From Eledone cirrhosa (taxonomy: Eukaryota): DNA of 64,000 bases. Numbering within the stretch: the stretch's first letter is position 1; the number at the start of each line of letters is the position of its first letter. Below, piece by piece: positions 1 to 17,499 of the stretch. The stretch covers positions 240,994,001 to 241,058,000 of the forward strand of contig OZ024743.1 in the NCBI GenBank assembly GCA_964016885.1. Direction: 5' to 3'. The translations under genes and the position numbers were made by a program. The notes under the pieces were generated by a model. It was not told the DNA's origin. It was given only the letters and a program-made list of their open reading frames with translations, and did not search any database.

Positions 1-2099
1 TCAACAAAAACATCATCACAACAACCAACAACAAAACCCTATCACCACCACCATCAACAACAACATCATCATCACAACCAACAACAAAACCCTATCACCA
101 TCACCATCAACAACAACATCATCATCACAACCATCAACAAAACCCTATCACCACCACCATCAACAAAAACATCATCACAACAACCTACAACAAAACACTA
201 TCACCACCACCATCAACAAAAACATCATCACAACAACCAACAACAAAACGCTATCACCACCACCATCAACAAAAACATCATCATCACAACCAACAACAAA
301 AACCTATCACCACCACAACCAACAACAACATCATCACAACAACCAACAACAAAACACTATCACCACCACCATCAACAACAACATCATCACAACAACCAAC
401 AACAAAACCCTATCACCACCACCATCAACAAAAACATCATCACAACAACCTACAACAAAACACTATCACCACCACCATCAACAAAAACATCATCACAACA
501 ACCAACAACAAAACGCTATCACCACCACCATCAACAAAAACATCATCAACACAACCAACAACAAAAACCTATCACCACCACAACCAACAACAACATCATC
601 ACAACAACCAACAACAAAACACTATCACCACCACCATCAACAACAACATCATCACAACAACCAACAACAAAACCCTATCACCACCACCATCAACAAAAAC
701 ATCATCACAACATCCAACAACAAAACCCTATCACCACCATCAACAACAACATCATCATCACAACCAACAACAAAACCCTATCACCACCACCATCAACAAC
801 AACATCATCACAACAACCAACAACAAAACCCTATCACCACCACCACCAACAACAACATCATCATCACAACCAACAACAAAACCCTATCACCACCACCATC
901 CACAACAACATCATCACAACAACCAACAACAAAACACTATAACCACCACCATCAACAACAACATCATCATCACAACCAACAACAAAACCCTACCACCACC
1001 ACCATCAACAACAACATCATCACAACAACCAACAACAAAACCCTATCACCACCACCATCAACAACAACATCATCACCACAACCAACAACAAAACCCTGTC
1101 TCCACCACCATCAACAACAACATCATAATCACAACCAACAACAAAACCCTATCACCACCACCATCAACAACAACATCATCACAACATCCAACAACAAAAC
1201 CCTATCACCACCATCAACAACAACATCATCATCACAACCAACAACAAAACCCTATCACCACCACCATCAACAAAAACATCATCACAACAACCAACATCAA
1301 AACCCTATCACCACCACCATCAACAACAACATCATCATCACAACCAACAACAAAACCCTATCACCACAACATCAACAAAAACATCATCACAACAACCAAC
1401 AACAAAACCCTATCACCACCACCATCAACAACAACATCATCATCACAACCAACAACAAAACTCTATCACCAACACCATCAACAAAAACATCATCACAACA
1501 ACCAACAACAAAACCCTATCACCACCACCATCAACAACAACATCATCATCACAACCAACAACAAAACCCTATCACCACCACCATCAACAAAAACATCATC
1601 ACAACAACCAACAACAAAACCCTATCACCACCACCATCAACAACAACATCATCATCACAACCAACAACAAAACCCTGTCACCACCTCCATCAACAACAAC
1701 ATCATCATCACAACCAACAACAAAACCCTATCACCACCACCATCAACAACAACATCATCACAACATCCAACAACAAAACCCTATCACCACAACATCAACA
1801 ACAACATCATCAGCACAACCAACAACAAAACCCTATCACCACCACCATCAACAACAACATCATCACAACAACCAACAACAAAACCCTATCACCACCACCA
1901 TCAACAAAAACATCATCACAACAACCAACAACAAAACCCTATCACCACCACCATCAACAACAACATCATCATCACAACCAACAACAAAACCCTATCACCA
2001 CCACCATCAACAACAACATCATCATCACAACCAACAAGAAAACCCTGTCACCACCACCATCATCAACAACATCATCATCACAACCAACAACAAAACCCT

Positions 2100-5000
2100 A
2101 TCACCACCACCATCAACAACAACATCATCATCACAACCAACAACAAAACCCTGTCACCACCACCATCAACAACAACATCATAATCACAACCAACAACACA
2201 ACCCTATCACCACCACCATCAACAACAACATCATCAAAACATCCAACAACAAAACCCTATCACCACCATCAACAACAACATCATCATCACAACCAACAAC
2301 AAAACCCTATCACCACCACCATCAACAAAAACATCATCACAACAACCAACAACAAAACCCTATCACAACCACCATCAACAACAACATCATCATCACAACC
2401 AACAACAAAACCCTGTCACCACAACATCAACAAAAACATCATCACAACAACCAACAACAAAACCCTATCACAACCACCATCAACAACAACATCATCATCA
2501 CAACCAACAACAAAACTCTATCACCACCACCATCAACAAAAACATCATCACAACAACCAACAACAAAACCCTATCACCACCACCATCAACAACAACATCA
2601 TCATCACAACCAACAACAAAACCCTATCACCACCACCATCAACAACAACATCATCACAACAACCAACAACAAAACCCTATCACCACCACCATCAACAACA
2701 ACATCATCATCACAACCAACAACAAAACCCTGTCACCACCACCATCAACAACAACATCATCATCACAACCAACAACAAAACCCTATCACCACCACCATCA
2801 ACAACAACATCATCACAACATCCAACAACAAAACCCTATCACCACCATCAACAACAACATCATCATCACAACCAACAACAAAACCCTATCACCACCACCA
2901 TCAACAACAACATCATCACAACAACCAACAACAAAACCCTATCACCACCACCATCAACAAAAACATCATCACAACAACCAACAACAAAACCCTATCACCA
3001 CCACCATCAACAACAACATCATCATCACAACCAACAACAAAACCCTATCACCACCACCATCAACAACAACATCATCACAACAACCAACAACAAAACCCTA
3101 TCACCACCACCATCAACAACAACATCATCATCACAACCAACAACAAAACCCTGTCACCACCACCATCATCAACAACATCATCATCACAACCAACAACAAA
3201 ACCCTATCACCACCACCATCAACAACAACATCATCACAACATCCAACAACAAAACCCTATCAACACCATCAACAACAACATCATCATCACAACCAACAAC
3301 AAAACCCTATCACCACCACCATCAACAACAACATCATCATCACAACCAACAACAAAACCCTATCACCACCACCATCAACAACAACATCATCATCACAACC
3401 AACAACAAAACCCTATCACCACCACCATCAACAAAAACATCATCACAACAACCAAAAACAAAACCCTATCACCACCACCATCAACAACAACATCATCATC
3501 ACAACCAACAACAAAACCCTGTCACCACCACCATCAACAACAACATCATCATCACAACCAACAACAAAACCCTATCTCCACCACCATCAACAACAACATC
3601 ATCACAACAACCAACAACAAAACCCTATCACCACCACCACCAACAACAACATCATCATCACAACCAACAACAAAACCCTATCAGCACCACCATCAACAAC
3701 AACATCATCACAACAACCAACAACAAAACACTATCACCACCACCATCAACAACAACATCATCATCACAACCAACAACAAAACCCTATCACCACCACCATC
3801 AACAACAACATCATCACAACAACCAACAACAAAACCCTATCACCACCACCATCAACAACAACATCATCATCACAACCAACAACAAAACCCTGTCACCACC
3901 ACCATCAACAACAACATCATCATCACAACCAACAACAAAACCCTATCACCACCACCATCAACAACAACATCATCACAACAACCAACAACAAAACCCTATC
4001 ACCACCACCATCAACAACAACATCATCACAACAACCAACAACAAAACCGTATCACCACCACCATCAACAACAACATCATCACAACAACCAACAACAAAAC
4101 CCTATCACCACCACCATCAACAACAACATCATCACAACATCAAACAACAAAACCCTATCACCACCATCAACAACAACATCATCATCACAACCAACAACAA
4201 AACCCTATCACCACCACCATCAACAACAACATCATCACAACAACCAACAACAAAACCCTATCACCACCACCACCAACAACAACATCATCATCCCAAACAA
4301 CAACAAAACCCTATCACCACCACCATCAACAACAACATCATCACAACAACCAACAACAAAACACTATCACCACCACCATCAACAACGACATCATCATCAC
4401 AACCAACAACAAAACCCTATCACCACCACCATCAACAACAACATCATCACAACAACCAACAACAAAACCCTATCACCACCACCATCAACAACAACATCAT
4501 CATCACAACCAACAACAAAACCCTGTCACCACCACCATCAACAACAACATCATCATCACAACCAACAACAAAACCCTATCACCACCACCATCAACAACAA
4601 CATCATCACAACAACCAACAACAAAACCGTATCACCACCACCATCAACAACAACATCATCACAACAACCAACAACAAAACCCTATCACCACCACCATCAA
4701 CAACAACATCATCACAACATCAAACAACAAAACCCTATCACCACCATCGACAACAACATCATCATCACAACCAACAACAAAACCCTATCACCACCACCAT
4801 CAACAACAACATCATCACAACAACCAACAACAAAACCCTATCACCACCACCACCAACAACAACATCATCATCACAAACAACAACAAAACCCTATCACCAC
4901 CACCATCAACAACAACATCATCACAACAACCAACAACAAAACACTATCACCACCACCATCAACAACGACATCATCAACACAACCAACAACAAAACCCTAT

Positions 5001-8000
5001 CACCACCACCATCAACAACAACATCATCATCACAACCAACAACAAAACCCTATCACCACCACCATCCACAAAAACATCATCATCACAACAACCAACAACA
5101 AAACCCTATCACCACCACCATCAACAACAACATCATCATCACAACCAACAACAAAACCCTATCACCACCACCATCAACAACAACATCATCACAACAACCA
5201 ACAACAAAACCCTAACACCACCACCATCAACAACAACATCATCATCACAACCAACAACAAAACCCTATCACCACCACCATCCACAAAAACATCATCATCA
5301 CAACAACCAACAACAAAACCCTATCACCACCACCATCAACAACAACATCATCATCACAACCAACAACAAAACCCTATCACCACCACCATCAACAACAACA
5401 TCATCACAACATCCAACAACAAAACCCTATCACCACCATCAACAACAACATCATCATCACAACCAACAACAAAACCCTATCACCACCACCATCAACAAAA
5501 ACATCATCACAACAACCAACAACAAAACCCTATCACCACCACCATCAACAACAACATCATCATCACAACCCACAACAAAACCCTATCACCACCACCATCA
5601 ACAACAACATCATCACAACAACCAACAACAAAACCCTATCACCACCACCATCAACAACAACATCATCACAACATTCAACAACAAAACCCTATCACCACCA
5701 TCAACAACAACATCATCATCACAACCAACAACAAAACCCTTTCACCACCACCATCAACAAAAACATCATCACAACAACCAAAAACAAAACCCTGTCACCA
5801 CCACCATCAACAACAACATCATCATCACAACCAACAACAAAACCCTATCACCACCACCATCAACAACAACATCATCACAACATCCAACAACAAAACCCTA
5901 TAACCACCATCAACAACAACATCATCATCACAACCAACAACAAAACCCTATCACCACCACCATCAACAAAAACATCATCACAACAACCAACAACAAAACC
6001 CTATCACCACCACCATCAACGACAACATCATCATCACAACCCACAACAAAACCCTATCACCACCACCATCAACAACAACATCATCATCACAACCAACAAC
6101 AAAACCCTATCACCACCACCATCAACAACAACATCATCATCACAACCAACAACAAAACCCTATCACCACCACCATCAACAAAAATATCATCACAACAACC
6201 AAAAACAAAACCCTATCACCACCACCATCAACAACAACATCATCATCACAACCAACAAAACCCTATCACCACCACCATCAACAAAAACATCATCACAACA
6301 ACCAAAAAAGAAACCCTATCACCACCACCATCAACAAAAACATCATCACAACAACCAACAACAAAACCCTATCACCACCACCATCAACAACAACATCATC
6401 ATCACAACCCACAACAAAACCCTATCACCACCACCATCAACAACAACATCATCATCACAACCAACAACAAAACCCTGTCACCACCACCATCAACAACAAC
6501 ATCATCATCACAACCAACAACAAAACACTATCACCACCACCACCAACAACAACATCATCACAACAACCAACAACAAAACCCTATCACCACCACCATCAAC
6601 AACAACATCATCATCACAACCAACAAAACCCTATCACCACCACCATCAACAAAAACATCATCATCACAACCAACAACAAACCCTATCACTACCACCATCA
6701 ACAACAACATCATCACAACAACCAACAACAAAACCCTATCACCACCACCACCAACAACAACATCATCATCACAACCAACAACAAAACCCTATCACCACCA
6801 CCATCAACAACAACATCATCACAACAACCAACAACAAAACACTATCACCACCACCATCAACAACAACATCATCATCACAACCAACAACAAAACCCTATCA
6901 CCACCACCATCAACAACAACATCATCACAACAACCAACAACAAAACCCTATCACCACCACCATCAACAACAACATCATCATCACAACCAACAACAAAACC
7001 CTGTCACCACCACCATCAACAACAACATCATAATCACAACCAACAACAAAACCCTATCACCACCACCATCAACAACAACATCATCAAAACATCCAAAAAC
7101 AAAACCCTATCAACACCATCAACAACAACATCATCATCACAACCAACAACAAAACCCTATCACCACCACCATCAAGAAAAACATCATCACAACAACCAAC
7201 AACAAACCCTATCACCACCACCATCAACAACAACATCATCATCACAACCAACAACAAAACCCTATCACCACCACCATCAACAACAACATCATCACAACAA
7301 CCAACAACAAAACCCTATCACAACCACCATCAACAACAACATCATCATCACAACCAACAACAAAACTCTATCACCACCACCATCAACAAAAACATCATCA
7401 CAACAACCAACAACAAAACCCTATCACCAACACCATCAACAACAACATCATCATCACAACCAACAACAAAACCCTATCACCACCACCATCAACAACAACA
7501 TCATCACAACAACCAACAACAAAACCCTATCACCACCACCATCAACAACAACATCATCATCACAACCAACAACAAAACCCTGTCACCACCACCATCAACA
7601 ACAACATCATCATCACAACCAACAACAAAACCCTATCACCACCACCATCAACAACAACATCATCACAACATCCAACAACAAAACCCTATCACCACCATCA
7701 ACAACAACATCATCATCACAACCAACAACAAAACCCTATCACCACCACCATCAACAACAACATCATCACAACAACCAACAACAAAACCCTATCACCACCA
7801 CCATCAACAAAAACATCATCACAACAACCAACAACAAAACCCTATCACCACCACCATCAACAACAACATCATCATCACAACCAACAACAAAACCCTATCA
7901 CCACCACCATCAACAACAACATCATCACAACAACCAACAACAAAACCCTATCACCACCACCATCAACAACAACATCATCATCACAACCAACAACAAAACC

Positions 8001-11000
8001 CTGTCACCACCACCATCATCAACAACATCATCATCACAACCAACAACAAAACCCTATCACCACCACCATCAACAACAACATCATCACAACATCCAACAAC
8101 AAAACCCTATCAACACCATCAACAACAACATCATCATCACAACCAACAACAAAACCCTGTCACCACCACCATCAACAACAACATCATCATCACAACCAAC
8201 AACAAAACCCTATCTCCACCACCATCAACAACAACATCATCACAACAACCAACAACAAAACCCTATCACCACCACCACCAACAACAACATCATCATCACA
8301 ACCAACAACAAAACCCTATCAGCACCACCATCAACAACAACATCATCACAACAACCAACAACAAAACACTATCACCACCACCATCAACAACAACATCATC
8401 ATCACAACCAACAACAAAACCCTATCACCACCACCATCAACAACAACATCATCACAACAACCAACAACAAAACCCTATCACCACCACCATCAACAACAAC
8501 ATCATCATCAGAACCAACAACAAAACCCTGTCACCACCACCATCAACAACAACATCATCATCACAACCAACAACAAAACCCTATCACCACCACCATCAAC
8601 AACAACATCATCACAACAACCAACAACAAAACCCTATCACCACCACCATCAACAACAACATCATCACAACAACCAACAACAAAACCGTATCACCACCACC
8701 ATCAACAACAACATCATCACAACAACCAACAACAAAACCCTATCACCACCACCATCAACAACAACATCATCACAACATCAAACAACAAAACCCTATCACC
8801 ACCATCAACAACAACATCATCATCACAACCAACAACAAAACCCTATCACCACCACCATCAACAACAACATCATCACAACAACCAACAACAAAACCCTATC
8901 ACCACCACCACCAACAACAACATCATCATCACAAACAACAACAAAACCCTATCACCACCACCATCAACAACAACATCATCACAACAACCAACAACAAAAC
9001 ACTATCACCACCACCATCAACAACGACATCATCATCACAACCAACAACAAAACCCTATCACCACCACCATCAACAACAACATCATCACAACAACCAACAA
9101 CAAAACCCTATCACCACCACCATCAACAACAACATCATCATCACAACCAACAACAAAACCCTGTCACCACCACCATCAACAACAACATCATCATCACAAC
9201 CAACAACAAAACCCTATCACCACCACCATCAACAACAACATCATCACAACAACCAACAACAAAACCGTATCACCAGCACCATCAACAACAACATCATCAC
9301 AACAACCAACAACAAAACCCTATCACCACCACCATCAACAACAACATCATCACAACATCAAACAACAAAACCCTATCACCACCATCGACAACAACATCAT
9401 CATCACAACCAACAACAAAACCCTATCACCACCACCATCAACAACAACATCATCACAACAACCAACAACAAAACCCTATCACCACCACCACCAACAACAA
9501 CATCATCATCACAAACAACAACAAAACCCTATCACCACCACCATCAACAACAACATCATCACAACAACCAACAACAAAACACTATCACCACCACCATCAA
9601 CAACGACATCATCATCACAACCAACAACAAAACCCTATCACCACCACCATCAACAACAACATCATCACAACAACCAACAACAAAACCCTATCACCACCAC
9701 CATCAACAACAACATCATCATCACAACCAACAACAAAACCCTGTCACCACCACCATCAACAACAACATCATCATCACAACCAACAACAAAACCCTATCAC
9801 CACCACCACCAACAACAACATCATCATCACAACATCCAACAACAAAACCCTATCACCACCATCAACAACAACATCATCATCACAACCAACAACAAAACCC
9901 TATCACCACCACCATCAACAAAAACATCATCACAACAACCAAAAACAAAACCCTATCACCACCACCATCAACAACAACATCATCATCACAACCAACAACA
10001 AAACCATATCACCACAACATCAACAAAAACATCATCACAACAACCAACAACAAAACCCTAACACCACCACCATCAACAACAACATCATCATCACAACCAA
10101 CAACAAAACCCTATCACCACCACCATCCACAAAAACATCATCATCACAACAACCAACAACAAAACCCTATCACCACCACCATCAACAACAACATCATCAT
10201 CACAACCAACAACAAAACCCTATCACCACCACCATCAACAACAACATCATCACAACAACCAACAACAAAACCCTATCACCACCACCATCAACAACAACAT
10301 CATCATCACAACCAACAACAGAACCCTGTCACCACCACCATCAACAACAACAACATCATCACAACCAACAACAAAACCCTATCACCACCACCATCAACAA
10401 CAACATCATCACAACATCCAACAACAAAACCCTATCACCACCATCAACAACAACATCATCATCACAACCAACAACAAAACCCTATCACCACCACCATCAA
10501 CAAAAACATCATCACAACAACCAACAACAAAACCCTATCACCACCACCATCAACAACAACATCATCATCACAACCCACAACAAAACCCTATCACCACCAC
10601 CATCAACAACAACATCATCACAACAACCAACAACAAAACCCTATCACCACCACCATCAACAACAACATCATCACAACATCCAACAACAAAACCCTATCAC
10701 CACCATCAACAACAACATCATCATCACAACCAACAACAAAACCCTTTCACCACCACCATCAACAAAAACATCATCACAACAACCAAAAACAAAACCCTGT
10801 CACCACCACCATCAACAACAACATCATCATCACAACCAACAACGAAACCCTATCACCACCACCATCAACAACAACATCATCACAACATCCAACGACAAAA
10901 CCCTATCACCACCATCAACAACAACATCATCATCACAACCAACAACAAAACCCTATCACCACCACCATCAACAAAAACATCATCACAACAACCAACAACA

Positions 11001-11700
11001 AAACCCTATCACCACCACCATCAACGACAACATCATCATCACAACCCACAACAAAACCCTATCACCACCACCATCAACAACAACATCATCATCACAACCA
11101 ACAACAAAACCCTATCACCACCACCATCAACAACAACATCATCATCACAACCAACAACAAAACCCTATCACCACCACCATCAACAAAAATATCATCACAA
11201 CAACCAAAAACAAAACCCTATCACCACCACCATCAACAACAACATCATCATCACAACCAACAAAACCCTATCACCACCACCATCAACAAAAACATCATCA
11301 CAACAACCAAAAAAGAAACCCTATCACCACCACCATCAACAAAAACATGCTCACAACAACCAACAACAAAACCCTATCACCACCACCATCAACAACAACA
11401 TCATCATCACAACCCACAACAAAACCCTATCACCACCACCATCAACAACAACATCATCATCACAACCAACAACAAAACCCTGTCACCACCACCATCAACA
11501 ACAACATCATCATCACAACCAACAACAAAACACTATCACCACCACCACCAACAACAACATCATCACAACAACCAACAACAAAACCCTATCACCACCACCA
11601 TCAACAACAACATCATCATCACAACCAACAAAACCCTATCACCACCACCATCAACAAAAACATCATCACAACAACCAAAAAAGAAACCCTATCACCACCA
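2100..11700 (+). repeat. ~4.6-5.0 kb higher-order tandem duplication (approx. 2.1-6.7 kb repeated at 7.0-11.7 kb)
   Basis: Private G variants pair at a constant offset of 4638 (3684/8322, 4049/8687, 4387/9025, 4749/9387). Upstream markers pair at 4850, i.e. 4 extra monomers (CAAAACTCTA at 2511/7361). Downstream markers pair at 5005 (5741/10746, 6021/11026, 6185/11190). End points are approximate. Confidence 0.85.
3850..5000 (+). repeat. 580-bp (11-monomer) tandem duplication nested inside the larger duplicated block
   Basis: The ACCGTATC G is at 4049 and 4629, and the CAACGAC G at 4387 and 4967 (both offset 580 = 11x53-3). The same pair recurs in the second copy (8687/9267). Confidence 0.8.
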
Positions 11701-14700
11701 CCATCAACAAAAACATCATCACAACAACCAACAACAAAACCCTATCACCACCACCATCAACAATAACATCATCATCACAACCAACAACAAAACCCTATCA
11801 CCACCACCATCAACAACAACATAATCATCACAACCAACAACAAAACGCTATCACCACCACCATCAACAAAAACATCATCACAACAACCAAAAACAAAACC
11901 CTATCACCACCACCGTCAACAAAAACATCATCACAACAACCAACAACAAAACCCTATCACCACCACCATCAACAATAACATCATCATCACAACCAACAAC
12001 AAAACCCTATCACCATCACCATCAACAACAACATCATCATCACAACCATCAACAAAACCCTATCACCACCACCATCAACAAAAACATCATCACAACAACC
12101 TACAACAAAACCCTATCACCACCACCATCAACAACAACATCATCATCACAACCAACAACAAAACCCTATCACCACCACCATCAACAACAACATCATCACA
12201 ACAACCAACAACAAAACCCTATCACCACCACCATCAACAACAACATCATCATCACAACCAACAACAGAACCCTGTCACCACCACCATCAACAACAACAAC
12301 ATCATCACAACCAACAACAAAACCCTATCACCACCACCATCAACAACAACATCATCACAACATCCAACAACAAATCCCTATCACCACCATCAACAACAAC
12401 ATCATCATCACAACCAACAACAAAACCCTATCACCACCACCATCAACAAAAACATCATCACAACAACCAACAACAAAACCCTATCACCACCACCATCAAC
12501 AACAACATCATCATCACAACCCACAACAAAACCCTATCACCACCACCATCAACAACAACATCATCACAACAACCAACAACAAAACCCTATCACCACCACC
12601 ATCAACAACAACATCATCACAACATCCAACAACAAAACCCTATCACCACCATCAACAACAACATCATCATAACAACCAACAACAAAACCCTTTCACCACC
12701 ACCATCAACAAAAACATCATCACAACAACCAAAAACAAAACCCTGTCACCACCACCATCAACAACAACATCATCATCACAACCAACAACAAAACCCTATC
12801 ACCACCACCATCAACAACAACATCATCACAACATCCAACAACAAAACCCTATCACCACCATCAACAACAACATCATCATCACAACCAACAACAAAACCCT
12901 ATCACCACCACCATCAACAAAAACATCATCACAACAACCAACAACAAAACCCTATCACCACCACCATCAACAACAACATCATCATCACAACCCACAACAA
13001 AACCCTATCACCACCACCATCAACAACAACATCATCATCACAACCAACAACAAAACCCTATCACCACCACCATCAACAACAACATCATCATCACAACCAA
13101 CAACAAAACCGTATCACCACCACCATCAACAACAACATCATCATCACAACCAACAAAACCCTATCACCACCACCATCAACAAAAACATCATCACAACAAC
13201 CAAAAAAGAAACCCTATCACCACCACCATCAACAAAAACATCATCACAACAACCAACAACAAAACCCTTTCACCACCACCATCAACAACAACATCATCAT
13301 CACAACCAACAAAACCCTATCACCACCACCATCAACAAAAACATCATCACAACAACCAAAAAAGAAACCCTATCACCACCACCATCAACAAAAACATGCT
13401 CACAACAACCAACAACAAAACCCTATCACCACCACCATCAACAACAACATCATCATCACAACCCACAACAAAACCCTATCACCACCACCATCAACAACAA
13501 CATCATCATCACAACCAACAACAAAACCCTGTCACCACCACCATCAACAACAACATCATCATCACAACCAACAACAAAACACTATCACCACCACCACCAA
13601 CAACAACATCATCACAACAACCAACAACAAAACCCTATCACCACCACCATCAACAACAACATCATCATCACAACCAACAAAACCCTATCACCACCACCAT
13701 CAACAAAAACATCATCACAACAACCAAAAAAGAAACCCTATCACCACCACCATCAACAAAAACATCATCACAACAACCAACAACAAAACCCTATCACCAC
13801 CACCATCAACAATAACATCATCATCACAACCAACAACAAAACCCTATCACCACCACCATCAACAACAACATAATCATCACAACCAACAACAAAACGCTAT
13901 CACCACCACCATCAACAAAAACATCATCACAACAACCAAAAACAAAACCCTATCACCACCACCGTCAACAAAAACATCATCACAACAACCAACAACAAAA
14001 CCCTATCACCACCACCATCAACAATAACATCATCATCACAACCAACAACAAAACCCTATCACCATCACCATCAACAACAACATCATCATCACAACCATCA
14101 ACAAAACCCTATCACCACCACCATCAACAAAAACATCATCACAACAACCTACAACAAAACCCTATCACCACCACCATCAACAACAACATCATCATCACAA
14201 CCAACAACAAAACCCTATCACCACCACCATCAACAACAACATCATCACAACAACCAACAACAAAACCCTATCACCACCACCATCAACAACAACATCATCA
14301 TCACAACCAACAACAGAACCCTGTCACCACCACCATCAACAACAACAACATCATCACAACCAACAACAAAACCCTATCACCACCACCATCAACAACAACA
14401 TCATCACAACATCCAACAACAAATCCCTATCACCACCATCAACAACAACATCATCATCACAACCAACAACAAAACCCTATCACCACCACCATCAACAAAA
14501 ACATCATCACAACAACCAACAACAAAACCCTATCACCACCACCATCAACAACAACATCATCATCACAACCCACAACAAAACCCTATCACCACCACCATCA
14601 ACAACAACATCATCACAACAACCAACAACAAAACCCTATCACCACCACCATCAACAACAACATCATCACAACATCCAACAACAAAACCCTATCACCACCA

Positions 14701-15355
14701 TCAACAACAACATCATCATAACAACCAACAACAAAACCCTTTCACCACCACCATCAACAAAAACATCATCACAACAACCAAAAACAAAACCCTGTCACCA
14801 CCACCATCAACAACAACATCATCATCACAACCAACAACAAAACCCTATCACCACCACCATCAACAACAACATCATCACAACATCCAACAACAAAACCCTA
14901 TCACCACCATCAACAACAACATCATCATCACAACCAACAACAAAACCCTATCACCACCACCATCAACAAAAACATCATCACAACAACCAACAACAAAACC
15001 CTATCACCACCACCATCAACAACAACATCATCATCACAACCCACAACAAAACCCTATCACCACCACCATCAACAACAACATCATCATCACAACCAACAAC
15101 AAAACCCTATCACCACCACCATCAACAACAACATCATCATCACAACCAACAACAAAACCGTATCACCACCACCATCAACAACAACATCATCATCACAACC
15201 AACAAAACCCTATCACCACCACCATCAACAAAAACATCATCACAACAACCAAAAAAGAAACCCTATCACCACCACCATCAACAAAAACATCATCACAACA
15301 ACCAACAACAAAACCCTTTCACCACCACCATCAACAACAACATCATCATCACAAC
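11222..15355 (+). repeat. Near-perfect 2049-bp tandem duplication (about 39 monomers)
   Basis: ORFs 11347..11766 and 13396..13815 have identical translations (offset 2049). The CAGAACC G is at 12267/14316. CATGCTC, AAATCCC, CCCTTTC and ACCGTC variants recur at the same offset. More diverged related copies continue to ~17.7 kb. Confidence 0.9.
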
Positions 15356-17499
15356 CCACAACAAAGCCCTATCACCACCACCATCAACAACAACATCATC
15401 ATCACAACCAACAACAAAACCCTGTCACCACCACCATCAACAACAACATCATCATCACAACCAACAACAAAACACTATCACCACCACCACCAACAACAAC
15501 ATCATCACAACAACCAACAACAAAACCCTATCACCACCACCATCAACAACAACATCATCATCACAACCAACAAAACACTATCACCACCACCATCAACAAA
15601 AACATCATCACAACAACCAAAAAAGAAACCCTATCACCACCACCATCAACAAAAACATCATCACAACAACCAACAACAAAACCCTATCACCACCACCATC
15701 AACAACAACATAATCATCACAACCAACAACAAAACGCTATCACCACCACCATCAACAAAAACATCATCACAACAACCAAAAACAAAACCCTATCACCACC
15801 ACCGTCAACAAAAACATCATCACAACAACCAACAACAAAACCCTATCACCACCACCATCAACAACAACATCATCATCACAACCAACAACAAAACCCTATC
15901 ACCATCACCATCAACAACAACATCATCATCACAACCATCAACAAAACCCTATCACCACCACCATCAACAAAAACATCATCACAACAACCTACAACAAAAC
16001 CCTATCACCACCACCATCAACAACAACATCATCATCACAACCAACAACAGAACCCTGTCACCACCACCATCAACAACAACAACATCATCACAACCAACAA
16101 CAAAACCCTATCACCACCACCATCAACAACAACATCATCACAACAACCAACAACAAAACCCTATCACCACCACCATCAACAAAAACATCATCACAACAAC
16201 CAACAACAAAACCCTATCACCACCACCATCAACAACAACATCATCATCACAACCCACAACAAAACCCTATCACCACCACCATCAACAACAACATCATCAC
16301 AACAACCAACAACAAAACCCTATCACCACCACCATCAACAACAACATCATCACAACATCCAACAACAAAACCCTATCACCACCATCAACAACAACATCAT
16401 CATAACAACCAACAACAAAACCCTTTCACCACCACCATCAACAAAAACATCATCACAACAACCAAAAACAAAACCCTGTCACCACCACCATCAACAACAA
16501 CATCATCATCACAACCAACAACAAAACCCTATCACCACCACCATCAACAACAACATCATCACAACATCCAACAACAAAACCCTATCACCACCATCAACAA
16601 CAACATCATCATCACAACCAACAACAAAACCCTATCACCACCACCATCAACAAAAACATCATCACAACAACCAACAACAAAACCCTATCACCACCACCAT
16701 CAACAACAACATCATCATCACAACCCACAACAAAACCCTATCACCACCACCATCAACAACAACATCATCATCACAACCAACAACAAAACCCTATCACCAC
16801 CACCATCAACAACAACATCATCATCACAACCAACAACAAAACCCTATCACCACCACCATCAACAAAAATATCATCACAACAACCAAAAACAAAACCCTAT
16901 CACCACCACCATCAACAACAACATCATCATCACAACCAACAAAACCCTATCACCACCACCATCAACAAAAACATCATCACAACAACCAAAAAAGAAACCC
17001 TATCACCACCACCATCAACAAAAACATCATCACAACAACCAACAACAAAACCCTATCACCACCACCATCAACAACAACATCATCATCACAACCCACAACA
17101 AAACCCCATCACCACCACCATCAACAACAACATCATCATCACAACCAACAACAAAACCCTGTCACCACCACCATCAACAACAACATCATCATCACAACCA
17201 ACAACAAAACACTATCACCACCACCACCAACAACAACATCATCACAACAACCAACAACAAAACCCTATCACCACCACCATCAACAACAACATCATCATCA
17301 CAACCAACAAAACCCTATCACCACCACCATCAACAAAAACATCATCACAACAACCAAAAAAGAAACCCTATCACCACCACCATCAACAAAAACATCATCA
17401 CAACAACCAACAACAAAACCCTATCACCACCACCATCAACAATAACATCATCATCACAACCAACAACAAAACCCTATCACCACCACCATCAACAACAAC

